Shown here piece after piece: positions 39,412 through 50,407 of a stretch of DNA of 64,000 bases (positions within the stretch are counted from its first letter, which is position 1; each line of letters opens with the position of its first letter). Origin of the DNA: Cyanobacteria bacterium P01_A01_bin.123 (GTDB lineage: Bacteria > Cyanobacteriota > Cyanobacteriia > Phormidesmidales > Phormidesmidaceae); NCBI GenBank assembly GCA_039815185.1, contig JBCBZT010000004.1:1-64000 (forward strand). Direction: 5' to 3'. The notes beneath the pieces were generated by a model. The model did no database searches and had not been told where the DNA came from. It saw only the letters and a program-made list of their open reading frames with translations. A program made the position numbers and the translations under genes.

Positions 39412-40257
39412 CTAAGACGGGGCAAATCGAGTTAGGGGCTTAACCTGCCTCAGTTCTTCGCTAATCGCTTGATGGAGATGGCCGTTGCTGGCCAATATTC
39501 GCCCGGAATAGATGTCAAAGGGGCTTTGATCGTAAGCGGTAACCTGTCCCCCCGCTTCTTCAACCAATACGGCCCCTGCAGTCAAATCCCAGGGAGAAAG
39601 CCCCCGTTCCCAGTAGCCATCGAGTCGCCCGCAGGCAATGTAGGCTAAATCAATCGAGGCTGCCCCACCCCGCCTAACCCCCTGGGTAAGGTGGGTAAAG
39701 TGGCAAAATTCGGCATAGTTATTATCAAGGCGTTCTCGGCGATCGTAGGCAAACCCAGTGACCAGTAAGCTTTGAGCAAGAGTTGGGGTCTTGGAAACCT
39801 GAATGGGGCGGCGATTGCAGGTCGCTCCCAAGCCCTTGGCCGCGCGAAATAGCTCTCGGTGAAAGGGGTCATAAATTGCACCGACAACCGGAACTTGGTT
39901 AATCAACAAACCGATAGACGCGGCTGAAAAGGGATATTGATGGGCGTAGTTTGTGGTGCCGTCTAGGGGATCAATGGCCCACAGATAGGGAGAGGCTTGG
40001 GTGCCGATTTGCCCAGACTCCTCTGCCAGAATGGGGTGATTGGGGAGATGACGTCTGAGCACGGCAAGAATTTCGGCTTCTGCCGCCTTATCGGCTTCAG
40101 TAACGAGATCGCCGGGCCGGCCTTTTTCTTCGATTTGGCTGAGCTTGCCCCAGTATTGCTGCAAGATTGCCCCAGCGGCTAGGGCTGCTTCAGTGGCGAT
40201 CTCTAAAAAGCGCTGGAGGTCTTCAGCATTAGGCGAAATCGGATCGGGGGAAGTCAT
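39412..40257 (-). CDS. suhB: Inositol monophosphatase family
   Basis: DLVTEAD; WAIDPLDGTTNY; PWDLTAG. Confidence 0.9.
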   Translation of the reverse strand: MTSPDPISPNAEDLQRFLEIATEAALAAGAILQQYWGKLSQIEEKGRPGDLVTEADKAAEAEILAVLRRHLPNHPILAEESGQIGTQASPYLWAIDPLDGTTNYAHQYPFSAASIGLLINQVPVVGAIYDPFHRELFRAAKGLGATCNRRPIQVSKTPTLAQSLLVTGFAYDRRERLDNNYAEFCHFTHLTQGVRRGGAASIDLAYIACGRLDGYWERGLSPWDLTAGAVLVEEAGGQVTAYDQSPFDIYSGRILASNGHLHQAISEELRQVKPLTRFAPS

Positions 40258-40277
40258 GGGAGAGATTGAGAAGGGGG

Positions 40278-40865
40278 CTATTGCTGGCGAAATTCAGCGG
40301 GGGTAGACCGCATGGGTTGAGCTGGGTTCCAGATGCCAAGCCCTGCAAGGCGGGCATGGTCCTGAGCACGGCTAAGCTGTGCTTGGTAGGTCAAATTACG
40401 ATCATCGATGGCATCAAGCTGGGCGATCGCATGGCCGTTGAACACTAATTGCTCATTAGCTAACTGGCCATCACACCAGACATAGGCCCAAACCCGACCA
40501 TAGGCGTCGGGCGTCGCTTGGGATGGGAGTTCGATGCTGAGGGTGCGATCGCGGCAGCTATCGTTCACCCAAGTCCACAGCGCTGCCTTGGCCACTTCTC
40601 CCCACGGCGCTTGTTTCAAATCGGGGGCATCGATTCCCGCTAGCCGAATCTTGTACACTTTGTCTTCGGCGTCTACCGGTAGCGGGTCAAGCACTGAAAG
40701 CGACTGACCGCTATAAACCTGATCGACTTTTGTGAGGAATCCTGATGGTGTTGCTTGGGGTTGGCAACCCCACAAGCCAATGGTGCAAATGATTAGAACG
40801 CTGCATAATACCCCCCGCCAATTGAGCCAATAGGGCAAGACACGCGATCGCCTCATGGCTGTCAT
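40278..40865 (-). CDS. Thermonuclease (SNase) family lipoprotein
   Basis: LWGC lipobox; IRLAGIDAP; DAYGRVWAYV; GLGIW; start trimmed to avoid overlap with ferredoxin. Confidence 0.82.
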   Translation of the reverse strand: MTAMRRSRVLPYWLNWRGVLCSVLIICTIGLWGCQPQATPSGFLTKVDQVYSGQSLSVLDPLPVDAEDKVYKIRLAGIDAPDLKQAPWGEVAKAALWTWVNDSCRDRTLSIELPSQATPDAYGRVWAYVWCDGQLANEQLVFNGHAIAQLDAIDDRNLTYQAQLSRAQDHARLAGLGIWNPAQPMRSTPAEFRQQ

Positions 40866-40872
40866 CAAAGCA

Positions 40873-41241
40873 TTAGTCTTCGTCCAGCGGTAGCCCAAAG
40901 CGCACCTTACCCTTGCCAAAGTAGCGGCCAAACTGGAGTTCATAGACCTCATCTTCATCTTGGGTTTCGACTTCCAGATCAGAGCGGGCATAGCTTACGC
41001 ACAGGAGCGCATAGCCCTGTGCCCGCAAATCAGGCGATAACCCCATCGCTTCGGGTTGATCAACCTGACCGGAGAGAACACGCACTGCACAGGTGGTACA
41101 AGCGCCGTTGCGACAGGCGAACGGGAGATCCGCTCCCTGGTTTTCAGCCGTCTGTAGCACATAGCGATCGGCCGGTACCTGAACGGTGTAATCTCGATTG
41201 TTTTGCCGATGATGAATGTGAATGGTATAGGCGTCAGCCAT
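40873..41241 (-). CDS. 2Fe-2S ferredoxin with C-terminal extension
   Basis: CRNGACTTC...LLC; tail YELQFGRYF. Confidence 0.92.
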   Translation of the reverse strand: MADAYTIHIHHRQNNRDYTVQVPADRYVLQTAENQGADLPFACRNGACTTCAVRVLSGQVDQPEAMGLSPDLRAQGYALLCVSYARSDLEVETQDEDEVYELQFGRYFGKGKVRFGLPLDED

Positions 41242-41434
41242 AGATTGCCGTTGTGCTCTCCAATGCAGAATAAGTAGCTTAAAGGGAAGATTAACCTCCC
41301 TGCTTATGCTCTCACGAAACAGAGGCCGGATGCATCGCCGCTAAAAATTGCCCCGAATCATTGGGCCTAGTGTGGTACGATAGCAAATCGTTGAGCAACG
41401 CAGCTCGACTTGGATTTAATCCAGAATTAAACTT

Positions 41435-41521
41435 GGAGAGGTGGCCGAGTGGTTTAAGGCGCAGCACTGGAAATGCTGTTTAGGGGCAACTTTAACGAGG
41501 GTTCGAATCCCTCCCTCTCCG
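41435..41521 (+). tRNA. tRNA-Ser(GGA)
   Basis: GGAGAGGTGGCCGAGTGG...CAGCACT-GGA-AATGCTG, long variable arm, GGTTCGAATCC. Confidence 0.96.
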
Positions 41522-41673
41522 TTGAGATTTAAGCTTTTGTCCCAGTTTTACATCATGCCTCCGGAATCAGGCTTTTGAGACGCGAAATGAAAAGTGTGAT
41601 CGGAGACAAATATTGACCCGATGCCGGCCCTTTATTCTGGGCACTATAGCTCTGATTCAAAAGCATCGTGGAT

Positions 41674-42603
41674 ATGACCCAAACAGAGACGCCCATTAAG
41701 CTAATTTATATTGCCGGGTGGGGCCGCAGCGGCAGCACCCTCATGGCTCGCATCTTGGGTGAAGTCGAAGGATTCTTCCATGGCGGTGAGCTCCGCACGA
41801 TTTGGGTTGATGGGTTTAAGCCCAAAGGGCAGTGTGGCTGCGGTGTTCCGGTTAAAGACTGCGAGGTTTGGCAAGCGGTTTTAGACAAGGGCTTTTCTGA
41901 TTTAGCGCCGTTAGACTATAAAGCCTTAAATACCCTACGGCTGCAAACTGAGCCGCGTACCCACGAAATTTTGCTGAGTCAGTTCGGCTTATTGGGCAAA
42001 CAAAAGCTCGCTGCCCGCATGGAAAAACATCTTGATGTTCTGCGTCGGCTCTACAGTGCCGTTCAAACCACGACGGGATGCAGCGTCATTGTGGATGACT
42101 CGTTGCATCCGGGCCATGGGCTGGCCTTATCACTAATGCCTCAAATTCAGCTCTATGTGGTTCACCTGGTGCGTGACCCGAGGGCAACGGCCTATTCCTG
42201 GTGGAAACGGCAAAAAAATGGTCTGGGCACTTATACCCTTAAAGAAAATGCTCTGGGTTGGGATTTGCGTAACGCTGTTGTCGATTTACTGGGGCGTTCT
42301 CAGCGCGATCGCTACATTAGGGTTTTGTACGAAGATTTTGTTAAAGATCCGCTACGGGTTACTCAATCCATTATCAACTTGGTTGGGGAAACCGATAAAA
42401 AACTGCCTTTTGTCAATTCCCATGAGGTCAGTCTAAGCGTCAGCCACAGCGTGTTTGGCAATCCCAACCGCACAGACACGGGGACGATTTTGATTAAAGG
42501 GGATGATCGCTGGAAATCTGATATGGATGATCGTAGCAAGCGCAATGTCACCCTGTTTACCTGGCCGTTGCTGGTGCGATATGGCTATGGTTTTCGACCA
42601 TGA
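41674..42603 (+). CDS. Sulfotransferase family protein
   Basis: IAGWGRSGSTL; HLVRDPRATAYSW; YEDFV. Confidence 0.85.
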   Translation: MTQTETPIKLIYIAGWGRSGSTLMARILGEVEGFFHGGELRTIWVDGFKPKGQCGCGVPVKDCEVWQAVLDKGFSDLAPLDYKALNTLRLQTEPRTHEILLSQFGLLGKQKLAARMEKHLDVLRRLYSAVQTTTGCSVIVDDSLHPGHGLALSLMPQIQLYVVHLVRDPRATAYSWWKRQKNGLGTYTLKENALGWDLRNAVVDLLGRSQRDRYIRVLYEDFVKDPLRVTQSIINLVGETDKKLPFVNSHEVSLSVSHSVFGNPNRTDTGTILIKGDDRWKSDMDDRSKRNVTLFTWPLLVRYGYGFRP

Positions 42604-43049
42604 GCCTTCCTGGTATTGAACCGCAACCCGTTGAAGTCGCGATCGCGATTTTGTACCAAGATAATCACTGTTTGATGCAGCTCCGGGATGATATCCCGAC
42701 CATCATCTATCCCGGTCACTGGGCTTTCTTTGGGGGGCATCTAGAAGCTGGAGAATCCCCTGACGAGGGAGTGCGACGAGAACTGATGGAAGAAATTGGC
42801 TATGAAGCCCCGTCTCTAACGCTTTTTGATCGCCAAACCACCGGCCACATTACCCGAAATATCTACAGTGGGCCGCTGACCGTGCCTGTCGAGGCACTTA
42901 TTTTGACTGAGGGTATGGATAAAAAACTTTGCACCCGCGATGAAATTGTGCAGGGAGCAGCCTACTCTCCCAAAATCAAGCAAACGCGACCTATTGGCCC
43001 GCCCCATCAAAAGATTTTGCTGGATTTTTTGGCGAAGAATTTGATTTAG
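42600..43049 (+). CDS. NUDIX hydrolase
   Basis: GGHLEAGESPDEGVRRELMEEIG. Confidence 0.92.
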   Translation: MSLPGIEPQPVEVAIAILYQDNHCLMQLRDDIPTIIYPGHWAFFGGHLEAGESPDEGVRRELMEEIGYEAPSLTLFDRQTTGHITRNIYSGPLTVPVEALILTEGMDKKLCTRDEIVQGAAYSPKIKQTRPIGPPHQKILLDFLAKNLI

Positions 43050-43076
43050 CCTATAGCGAGCCACCCGCAGCGATCG

Positions 43077-43721
43077 CTATAGCTGACGCAAAAAGGGATC
43101 GTTGTCAGGTTCATAGATGCGAATTTGACCATAGCCGAGAAATTGAGATTGAGGCTGGGCGGCAGCTGGAGTAGCCGTAATTCCAAAAAGATAGGTGCCG
43201 CCCCAACGGGGATTACGCCTGGGATAGAGGTTCAAAATAATCTCTTGACCGGGTGATACAGGTTGGGCAAAGGCAAAGGTAATGGCCTCGGTTTCAGGGT
43301 CTTGATTTATCGAAGCTAGCGGCAGTTCTACCGTCGTCCCATCACTGAGCTTGCCGTAGGCCTGGCTGGCATCCAGTTGGTACCGCAGCTGGGCTGAACG
43401 GGGATTACGCTGGGCCACGGTGAGACTGCCAAGGGCTTCTCCTGCATCGGCGGGTAAAGCAATGTTGAAGGTATAAACAGCGTTACGTGCAGAAGCGCGA
43501 TCGCGACTAGTGGTCGCACTGAGTAATCTGGGAAGTTGAGCAAAGGCGTTAGAACCGTCTAGCAACTCCACTGCAACTGCGGGCAGCGGTGAAACGGTTG
43601 AAGGTAACGCACTGATCAAGGCGCCCAATCCGAGGAGTAGGGCACAGCTAGGGGGCAGTAACCTAGCTAACCCGAAAGCAGGGTAGTGAGGAGAATCAAA
43701 CTGGGAACGTGGATTGGCCAT
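43077..43721 (-). CDS. DUF2808-family secreted protein
   Basis: FAQPVSPG...RNPRWGGTYLFGITA.P...QFLG. Confidence 0.75.
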   Translation of the reverse strand: MANPRSQFDSPHYPAFGLARLLPPSCALLLGLGALISALPSTVSPLPAVAVELLDGSNAFAQLPRLLSATTSRDRASARNAVYTFNIALPADAGEALGSLTVAQRNPRSAQLRYQLDASQAYGKLSDGTTVELPLASINQDPETEAITFAFAQPVSPGQEIILNLYPRRNPRWGGTYLFGITATPAAAQPQSQFLGYGQIRIYEPDNDPFLRQL

Positions 43722-43969
43722 GGAGAATATACCTGAAATGTCTAGGTTTAAGGGATGAGAGGCTGTCTGATCACCCTAAGACTGATGGGGAATTGGCCTA
43801 AGCAAAAGCCCCCGATTGCTAAGTAGATACTGGGTAGCCAAGCAGTTGAAGTTTTCTATCACAACTCTAAGATTGCTATCGATTCCTAAGCGTTGCGGCT
43901 ACTTCTTCAATGTTAAACCGTTAAATTGGCTACGCTGAGAGCATAAATGGTTTGAACGGAATAATACCT

Positions 43970-44506
43970 ATGTTTGCTACAAGTAACGTTAGCTTCAATC
44001 GCCCCAGATGGCAGACGCTGGTTATGGCTGCGGTGGGGTTTTGGATGAGCGCCAGCCTTTGTGTTGACTTGCTTGTCATGCCCAGTCTCTACACTGCTGG
44101 CATGATGACTCAGGCGGATTTTGCCACGGCGGGTTACGAAATGTTTTGGCTGTTTAACCGGGTTGAACTTGTTTGCGCAGCGCTGGCGTTGACTGGTTTG
44201 TTTGCCCTACGCCAACGTCGGGATGCCTTTTCGATCATTGTCAGTGGTGGCCGTAGCCGTTGGGCCGTGATGTTGGCGGGGCTACTGCTAGCGATCGCGC
44301 TGTGTTACACCTACTTTTTGTCTCCTGAGATGAGCGCTTTGGGCTTGCAGCTCAATGCTGAGATTGGGACAACGGTTGAAGTACCCGCCGAAATGACCGT
44401 GATGCACGGGGTTTATTGGGGACTGGAAGTGCTCAAGCTGCTGGCGAGTGGAGCACTACTGAGTCTTTGCTATCGCGATATGCTAGCCCCAACTGCTGAA
44501 GTATAA
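43970..44506 (+). CDS. DUF4149-like membrane protein
   Basis: Four TM helices; FNRVEL; MHGVYWGLEVLK. Confidence 0.7.
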   Translation: MFATSNVSFNRPRWQTLVMAAVGFWMSASLCVDLLVMPSLYTAGMMTQADFATAGYEMFWLFNRVELVCAALALTGLFALRQRRDAFSIIVSGGRSRWAVMLAGLLLAIALCYTYFLSPEMSALGLQLNAEIGTTVEVPAEMTVMHGVYWGLEVLKLLASGALLSLCYRDMLAPTAEV

Positions 44507-44532
44507 AGGATACGGCATAAGGGGTAAGGGGT

Positions 44533-44997
44533 TTGATTTTTGTCAAACGTGACCTAGGTTCGGAGAGAGACACGCTATCCCATCTCCAGCAGCAAGATGG
44601 CCGCTGGAGATGGGTGTGGCGTCGGATTCGCCAGGGCGCGATCGCGCTGTTCATTGCGTTACTGATGCTGATGCTGTTTCCCAGCGCCGTGAACGCTGAT
44701 GTTGATGAAACGGGCGCTGACCCTGCTGACAACGCCGAAGTTTCCCCAGCGCAGCTGTTTGAGATGAACTGTGCCGGATGTCACGCCAACGGCGGCAATA
44801 TTATTCGGCGAGGGAAGACGCTAAAGCAGCGATCGTTGCAGCGCAATCGCATGGATTCCGTTGACGCGATCAAAACCATTGTTACCCAAGGCAAAAATAA
44901 TATGTCTGCCTACGGCGATCGCTTGAGTCCTGTTGAGATTGAAGCGGTTGCTGTTTATGTTTGGCAACAAGCTCAAGCCGATTGGCCCCGCAAGTAA
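44533..44997 (+). CDS. Cytochrome c6-family paralogue (c6B/c6C-like)
   Basis: CAGCH heme motif, GKNNM axial Met; start uncertain. Confidence 0.85.
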   Translation: MIFVKRDLGSERDTLSHLQQQDGRWRWVWRRIRQGAIALFIALLMLMLFPSAVNADVDETGADPADNAEVSPAQLFEMNCAGCHANGGNIIRRGKTLKQRSLQRNRMDSVDAIKTIVTQGKNNMSAYGDRLSPVEIEAVAVYVWQQAQADWPRK

Positions 44998-45022
44998 CCC
45001 GCCTAGCGATCTCTGTGTGGCC

Positions 45023-47851
45023 TTATCCAACGTGTTTGCCATGGGTTTCTGACTCTCGGAGACTATCTGCCAGCTCGATAATACTGTCGTAGTCATAGTG
45101 GCTAACTTTGAGGGTGAGGCCATGAATCAGCCCGGGATGCTGATGGGGAATCTGTTCAATTGTTTGGCGCAATAGGGTTGCATCAGCCTGAATAGCCGCT
45201 TCGTAAAGCTGTTGAATCCAGCTGGCAGGCATCACTGCTAAAGCATCTGCAGTGAGTGAGACTTGCTGATCGGTGGAGTCATACTCCTGAGCAGAGGTTG
45301 TGGGTGCGTATTGATAGCGGACGCTTAGACAATTCGCCAGCTTGTCGAAGATGACATGCTCTTGGAAAGGTTTGCGGACAAAATCATCACATCCTGCAGC
45401 CAAGACAGTTTCCCGCTTTTCTTCAAAGGCGCTAGCCGTGAGCGCGACGATGGCGGGCGGTTGGGATTGGGCTTTAATCCGACGGGTGGCTTCGTAACCA
45501 TCCATGACGGGCATTCGCATATCCATCAAGATCAGGTGGGGGCGCCAGATTTTTTGTTGAGCGATCGCCTCTTCGCCGTTCACCGCCTCATTCACCTCAA
45601 ATCCGACTTGTTGCAGTAGGGTGGAAATCACTAAGCGATTATCGGGCTGATCATCCACGATCAGAATGCGGAAGCGAGTTTGTCCGGGTGCCAACCCAAT
45701 GACTTTGCGATGGTGAGACGACTTAACAATATCTGTCGGCTCCGCCAATGTGACCTGAATCTGAAACGTGAAGCAGGTTCCTTGTTCTAGCACACTCTCC
45801 ACTTGGATATCACCCCCTAAAAACCGCACAAACTGGCGGCTAATGGCAAGTCCTAGCCCTGTCCCACCTTTGCTGTGATCAATAGAGCGTGATTGAACAA
45901 ACGCATCAAAAATCGTGTTGAGTTCGCTGGGAGGTATGCCAGCGCCAGTATCTTTGATCTGAAAGCAGAGCATTAAGGGATGATTTGGGCTCCAGTCCTG
46001 AGACGTTTGTTCATCCCGTACACTAACCTGGAGCATCACACTGCCAGCCTGGGTAAATTTGATCCCATTGCCCAACAGATTGATCAACACTTGCCGCAGT
46101 TTGCCTTCATCGGTGTAGACATACTGAGGAACCTCTGGAGCACGGTCAAATACTAACGCTAGCCCCTTGGCCTGGGAACGTAGTCGCAGCATTTCTTCTA
46201 AAGTCGCTAATAGCTGATACAGGTCAATGGACTGCACATTTAGTGTGATCCGGCCCGCTTCGATTTTCGACATCTCTAACACATCGTTAATCAGTGCCAA
46301 CAGATGTTCACCGCTGCGGTTAAGAATTTTCAGATTGTTGCGATGATCAGGATGAAGCCGATCATCCCGTAGCAAAATTTGGGCAAATCCGATAATGGCA
46401 TTTAGTGGCGTCCGCAGTTCATGGCTCATATTTGCCAAAAACTCGCTCTTGGCGCGATTAGCCGCGTCCGCAGCTTCTTTGGCGGCTTGGAGGTCTGCCG
46501 TCCGCTGCTGTACCCGATTTTCTAGGTCTTCATTGCTTCTCGCCAGTGCTTGAAATGAGCTGTGGAGCTGTTCGCCCATGTCGTTGAAAGATCGGGTTAG
46601 GATCCTCAACTCGCGAACGCCCCGGGTTTCCACCTGAAGCTTTTTAGCGGGATTCATCTGTTTTTCCCGTGTGCTTTGAGCCAAGGCTTGGCTGACTTCG
46701 CTGAGTTGCAACACTGGCTGGGTGATTCGACGAGCGGTGAATACCCCGATAATAATGGCAACCCCCAACGCGCCCAAACACAGCAAAATGGTGGTACGGG
46801 TACTGGCAGCGATTTGTTCCATGAAATCAGCCTCGGGCACAACTACCACAATCAGCCAGTCAATTCCTCGTTGGTCGGCAAATTTTGACACCTGTACGAA
46901 CTGATTCTGTCCCCCGGCTCGAAAATTGAGCTGGGTATGATCTTGTAACCGGCTCATATCAAGTGTGTCAGCCAAAAAATTTGCGGTCTGTTGTGTCAGT
47001 GGGTTCTCGCTTTCCACTGCTGGTGTCCGTTCCAGGGTGTTATTCCCCATGACCTGATAGGGCTTTTCTCCAGTAGAATTAGCAACCAGCAGTCCAGCAC
47101 TGTCGATGACAAAAGCTTGGCCAGTTTTGCCAATTTCCAAGCTCTCCAGAAATTGACTGATGTCATCCAGAGAAAAATCTACTGCGGTTACCCCGATTAG
47201 GTCATCAGTATTGTTGTAGACCGGTAATACGGCGCTGATAATCAGCTGAGTCACACCAACACTGGCGTAAATGTCGCTCCAGACAGCGCCTTCAAATTCT
47301 ACGGCAGTCTGAAACCAGGGGCGGGTGCGGGCGTCATAGACTTGGGCAGTTGTTTGAATCAGTTGACGACGGTTTCCGGCCTCATCCAGATCATAGTAAT
47401 GACCCAAAAATTCGCTGGAAGAGTCGTTAATGACCACTTGCAGGGCATCGTCACGGGTCTGAGTTATGCCAATAAATGAGCCGTTATCAGCAGCACCAAA
47501 GTAAAGCCAGGTGACATCTTCTAGATATTGCATCTGCTGCCACAGATATTGTTCACTGGCTAGATCTTGGGTCTTTAATTCACCTCGCCGTACTGCATCA
47601 GCATTCACTTGGTTGATCAAGTGGGGAATCTGAGTGTGGTCAGCTAGCCGCTCTTGAATCCGATTGGAGATTTCTCGACGCAGTTGGGAGGCGACTTCGT
47701 TGACGGCTTGCTGACCATTCCGCAGTGAGATATAACCCGTTAGCCCTACCGCCACAACAATTTGCAGCACAAAGGGAATGACCAGTACAGATCGGAGGGA
47801 GATCCTGTCGGATAACGGTTCAGACTTGGATAGAAAACGTTTAATCGCCAT
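45023..47851 (-). CDS. Hybrid histidine kinase (Cache-HAMP-HisKA-HATPase-REC)
   Basis: [37 protein letters not shown]. Confidence 0.93.
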   Translation of the reverse strand: MAIKRFLSKSEPLSDRISLRSVLVIPFVLQIVVAVGLTGYISLRNGQQAVNEVASQLRREISNRIQERLADHTQIPHLINQVNADAVRRGELKTQDLASEQYLWQQMQYLEDVTWLYFGAADNGSFIGITQTRDDALQVVINDSSSEFLGHYYDLDEAGNRRQLIQTTAQVYDARTRPWFQTAVEFEGAVWSDIYASVGVTQLIISAVLPVYNNTDDLIGVTAVDFSLDDISQFLESLEIGKTGQAFVIDSAGLLVANSTGEKPYQVMGNNTLERTPAVESENPLTQQTANFLADTLDMSRLQDHTQLNFRAGGQNQFVQVSKFADQRGIDWLIVVVVPEADFMEQIAASTRTTILLCLGALGVAIIIGVFTARRITQPVLQLSEVSQALAQSTREKQMNPAKKLQVETRGVRELRILTRSFNDMGEQLHSSFQALARSNEDLENRVQQRTADLQAAKEAADAANRAKSEFLANMSHELRTPLNAIIGFAQILLRDDRLHPDHRNNLKILNRSGEHLLALINDVLEMSKIEAGRITLNVQSIDLYQLLATLEEMLRLRSQAKGLALVFDRAPEVPQYVYTDEGKLRQVLINLLGNGIKFTQAGSVMLQVSVRDEQTSQDWSPNHPLMLCFQIKDTGAGIPPSELNTIFDAFVQSRSIDHSKGGTGLGLAISRQFVRFLGGDIQVESVLEQGTCFTFQIQVTLAEPTDIVKSSHHRKVIGLAPGQTRFRILIVDDQPDNRLVISTLLQQVGFEVNEAVNGEEAIAQQKIWRPHLILMDMRMPVMDGYEATRRIKAQSQPPAIVALTASAFEEKRETVLAAGCDDFVRKPFQEHVIFDKLANCLSVRYQYAPTTSAQEYDSTDQQVSLTADALAVMPASWIQQLYEAAIQADATLLRQTIEQIPHQHPGLIHGLTLKVSHYDYDSIIELADSLRESETHGKHVG

Positions 47852-47955
47852 AGCCGTCGGGGATGGTATCCCGCGATTCTTGCGATTATCATAATCGGTC
47901 GCGCTACGCTCAGATCTAAATCGTTAGAATTGAAGCCACTACTTACTGCGCTCCT

Positions 47956-50388
47956 ATGCCCGATGCCGTTTCTCGTTGGCAACTCCCTGCTGATGTTGTG
48001 CTCTCTGCCAATTGGATTGCCTCAGTACAGCGGTATACAGGGCTAGACAGACCGCCAAAATTTTTAGCCCATCTGCTTTGGCAGCGAGGCATTCACGGGT
48101 TAGATGCCTTGCCCGGATTTCTCAACCCCAACCACTATCAGCCTGCCAGTCCTTTTGCTCTGGGCCAAGACATGCGGGGGGCGGTGGAACGGTTAGTGCA
48201 GGCGCGGCAAGATTCAGAAAAGGTGGCGATTTGGGGCGATTTTGATGCCGATGGGGTGACGGCAACAGCAGTGTTGTGGGACGGTTTGGGAGAATTTTTC
48301 CCCCAGGGCGATCGCCTGTGTTATTTCATTCCCAATCGGTTAACCGAGTCCCACGGCCTGTCCCCAGCGGGCATTGACCAGTTAGCAGCCTGGGGAGCAA
48401 CACTAATCGTCACCTGCGATACGGGCAGCACCAACTTATCAGAAATCGACTATGCCAGTCGCTTGGGCCTCGACATCATCGTGACTGATCACCATACCCT
48501 AGCTGCTGAGCGTCCGCCTGTGGTGGCAATCATTAACCCGCGATCGCTACCCGAGGATCATCCCCTAGCGACCCTTTCTGGGGTTGCCGTGGCCTACAAG
48601 CTGGTGGAGGCGCTGTACGAAACCCTGCCCAAAGTGCCCCAGCGCCCCCTCGAATCCCTGCTGGATTTGGTGGCCGTTGGCCTCATTGCCGATCTGGTCG
48701 AGCTCAAAGGGGATTGCCGCTATCTGGCTCAGATCGGCATTGAACAACTGCAAACGCATACCCAATCTTCTCCGGAAGCAGCGGCGCGCCCCGGCATTGC
48801 CTACCTGCTGGAGCTGTGCAAACGTAGCGGCGATCGCCCCACAGACATTTCCTTTGGCATTGGCCCCCGCATCAACGCCGTTAGCCGCATCCATGGGGAC
48901 GCTAGCTTTTGTGTAGAACTGCTCACCAGCCGCGATGCGGCTCGCTGTCAGCGCCTCGCCTACGACACCGAACTGGCCAATGCCCGTCGCAAAGCCCTGC
49001 AAAAAGATTTACTGGCTCAAGTTGAGCAGCAACTCGAACGGGTAGATTTATCCACCACTCAAGTGTTAGTGCTTGCTGACCCCCAATGGCCTGTGGGTGT
49101 ACTGGGTTTGGTCGCTGGACAAGTGGCCCAGCGCTACAAACGCCCGACAATTTTGCTGACGGAAGATCTAGAAGCAGATCAAGAAACTGGGGTGGAAAAT
49201 GGTGCGGATTCTGCCAGATTGGCCAGGGGTTCGGCGCGATCGCACAATCGCATCGACCTCTATACCTTGGTGCAACACCAAGCCCATTTGCTCAGTAGCT
49301 TCGGTGGCCATCCCTTTGCGGCTGGGTTGAGTTTACCCGTGGACAATCTACCCCTGTTTCGTGAGGCGATCAACCGCCAACTGCGAGAACAGCAGGGGGC
49401 CGCAGCATTAGAAAACGCTGCCACGATCTACGCCGATATTACGGTCACCGTGGCTGATTTAGGCAAAGCCCTATTCCGCGAACTCAAGTTTTTAGAACCT
49501 TGCGGCATGGGTAATCCGGTACCCCGGCTATTGCTGCGCAACATTTGGTTCAAAAATGCCTGGAATGAAAATATCCGCGATCGCGCCGGGGGCAAACTAC
49601 GCTACATCAAAACCGAATTTGAGCTACACGATAATTCCACTCCGACAGGTTTCCCCGGTCTGTGGTGGGAGCATTACCGCGAAGAATTGCCCAACAGTTT
49701 GTGCGATGCCATTGTGGAACTCGACTTCAACACCTATAAAAAGCGCTACGAAGTGCGACTGCTAGAAATCCGTCCTAGCCAGTTCATGGACGTCTCTCAA
49801 GCACCCGTAGACTGGCTGGTCGATCAGCGTCAAGGGCTTGAATTGCCAGAGTCCACCACAGAAGATGCCGTCGCCGTACCCTCCCAGTCCTCAACGGAAT
49901 TGTCTCCTGAACCAACTGATGGCCTCACCTTGAACCATTGCCCTGAAAACTGGCAAGACTTACAACGCTGGTTATCCCTAGCCAATCAGCAACAGCGCCC
50001 CCTCACATTGGCCTATGGATCTCCGTCAGAGAACCCCCCAGCCGACATTTTTGGCATGCTGATGGGGCTAGCCAAATACCTGCACCGCACGGGCACGACG
50101 GCGACTCGTCCCCAATTGCAGGCTAAGCTCTCCATCAGCGATCGTAGTTTGGCGCTTGGTCTTGGCGCCCTAGAAAACCTTGGCTTTACCCTACATCGTA
50201 GTGAAGCTGGATTGGAGGTGTTAGACGTGCCTAAAGCGATCGTGTCTCCCTACCCGCCAACAGTCTACGACTTTTTCAACGCGGTTGCCGAAGAGCAATT
50301 CCGCCAGCGCTATTTCCATCAGGTGCCGCTAAAAACGTTGCAAGCGATCGCCCAGCAAATGCAGATGGCTATTCAAATAGATAGGTGA
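47956..50388 (+). CDS. recJ: Single-stranded DNA exonuclease RecJ
   Basis: GDFDADG; TCDTG; TDHH; GPRINA; GGHPFAAG. Confidence 0.92.
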   Translation: MPDAVSRWQLPADVVLSANWIASVQRYTGLDRPPKFLAHLLWQRGIHGLDALPGFLNPNHYQPASPFALGQDMRGAVERLVQARQDSEKVAIWGDFDADGVTATAVLWDGLGEFFPQGDRLCYFIPNRLTESHGLSPAGIDQLAAWGATLIVTCDTGSTNLSEIDYASRLGLDIIVTDHHTLAAERPPVVAIINPRSLPEDHPLATLSGVAVAYKLVEALYETLPKVPQRPLESLLDLVAVGLIADLVELKGDCRYLAQIGIEQLQTHTQSSPEAAARPGIAYLLELCKRSGDRPTDISFGIGPRINAVSRIHGDASFCVELLTSRDAARCQRLAYDTELANARRKALQKDLLAQVEQQLERVDLSTTQVLVLADPQWPVGVLGLVAGQVAQRYKRPTILLTEDLEADQETGVENGADSARLARGSARSHNRIDLYTLVQHQAHLLSSFGGHPFAAGLSLPVDNLPLFREAINRQLREQQGAAALENAATIYADITVTVADLGKALFRELKFLEPCGMGNPVPRLLLRNIWFKNAWNENIRDRAGGKLRYIKTEFELHDNSTPTGFPGLWWEHYREELPNSLCDAIVELDFNTYKKRYEVRLLEIRPSQFMDVSQAPVDWLVDQRQGLELPESTTEDAVAVPSQSSTELSPEPTDGLTLNHCPENWQDLQRWLSLANQQQRPLTLAYGSPSENPPADIFGMLMGLAKYLHRTGTTATRPQLQAKLSISDRSLALGLGALENLGFTLHRSEAGLEVLDVPKAIVSPYPPTVYDFFNAVAEEQFRQRYFHQVPLKTLQAIAQQMQMAIQIDR

Positions 50389-50407
50389 GAAGCGCTACAG
50401 GGTATGC

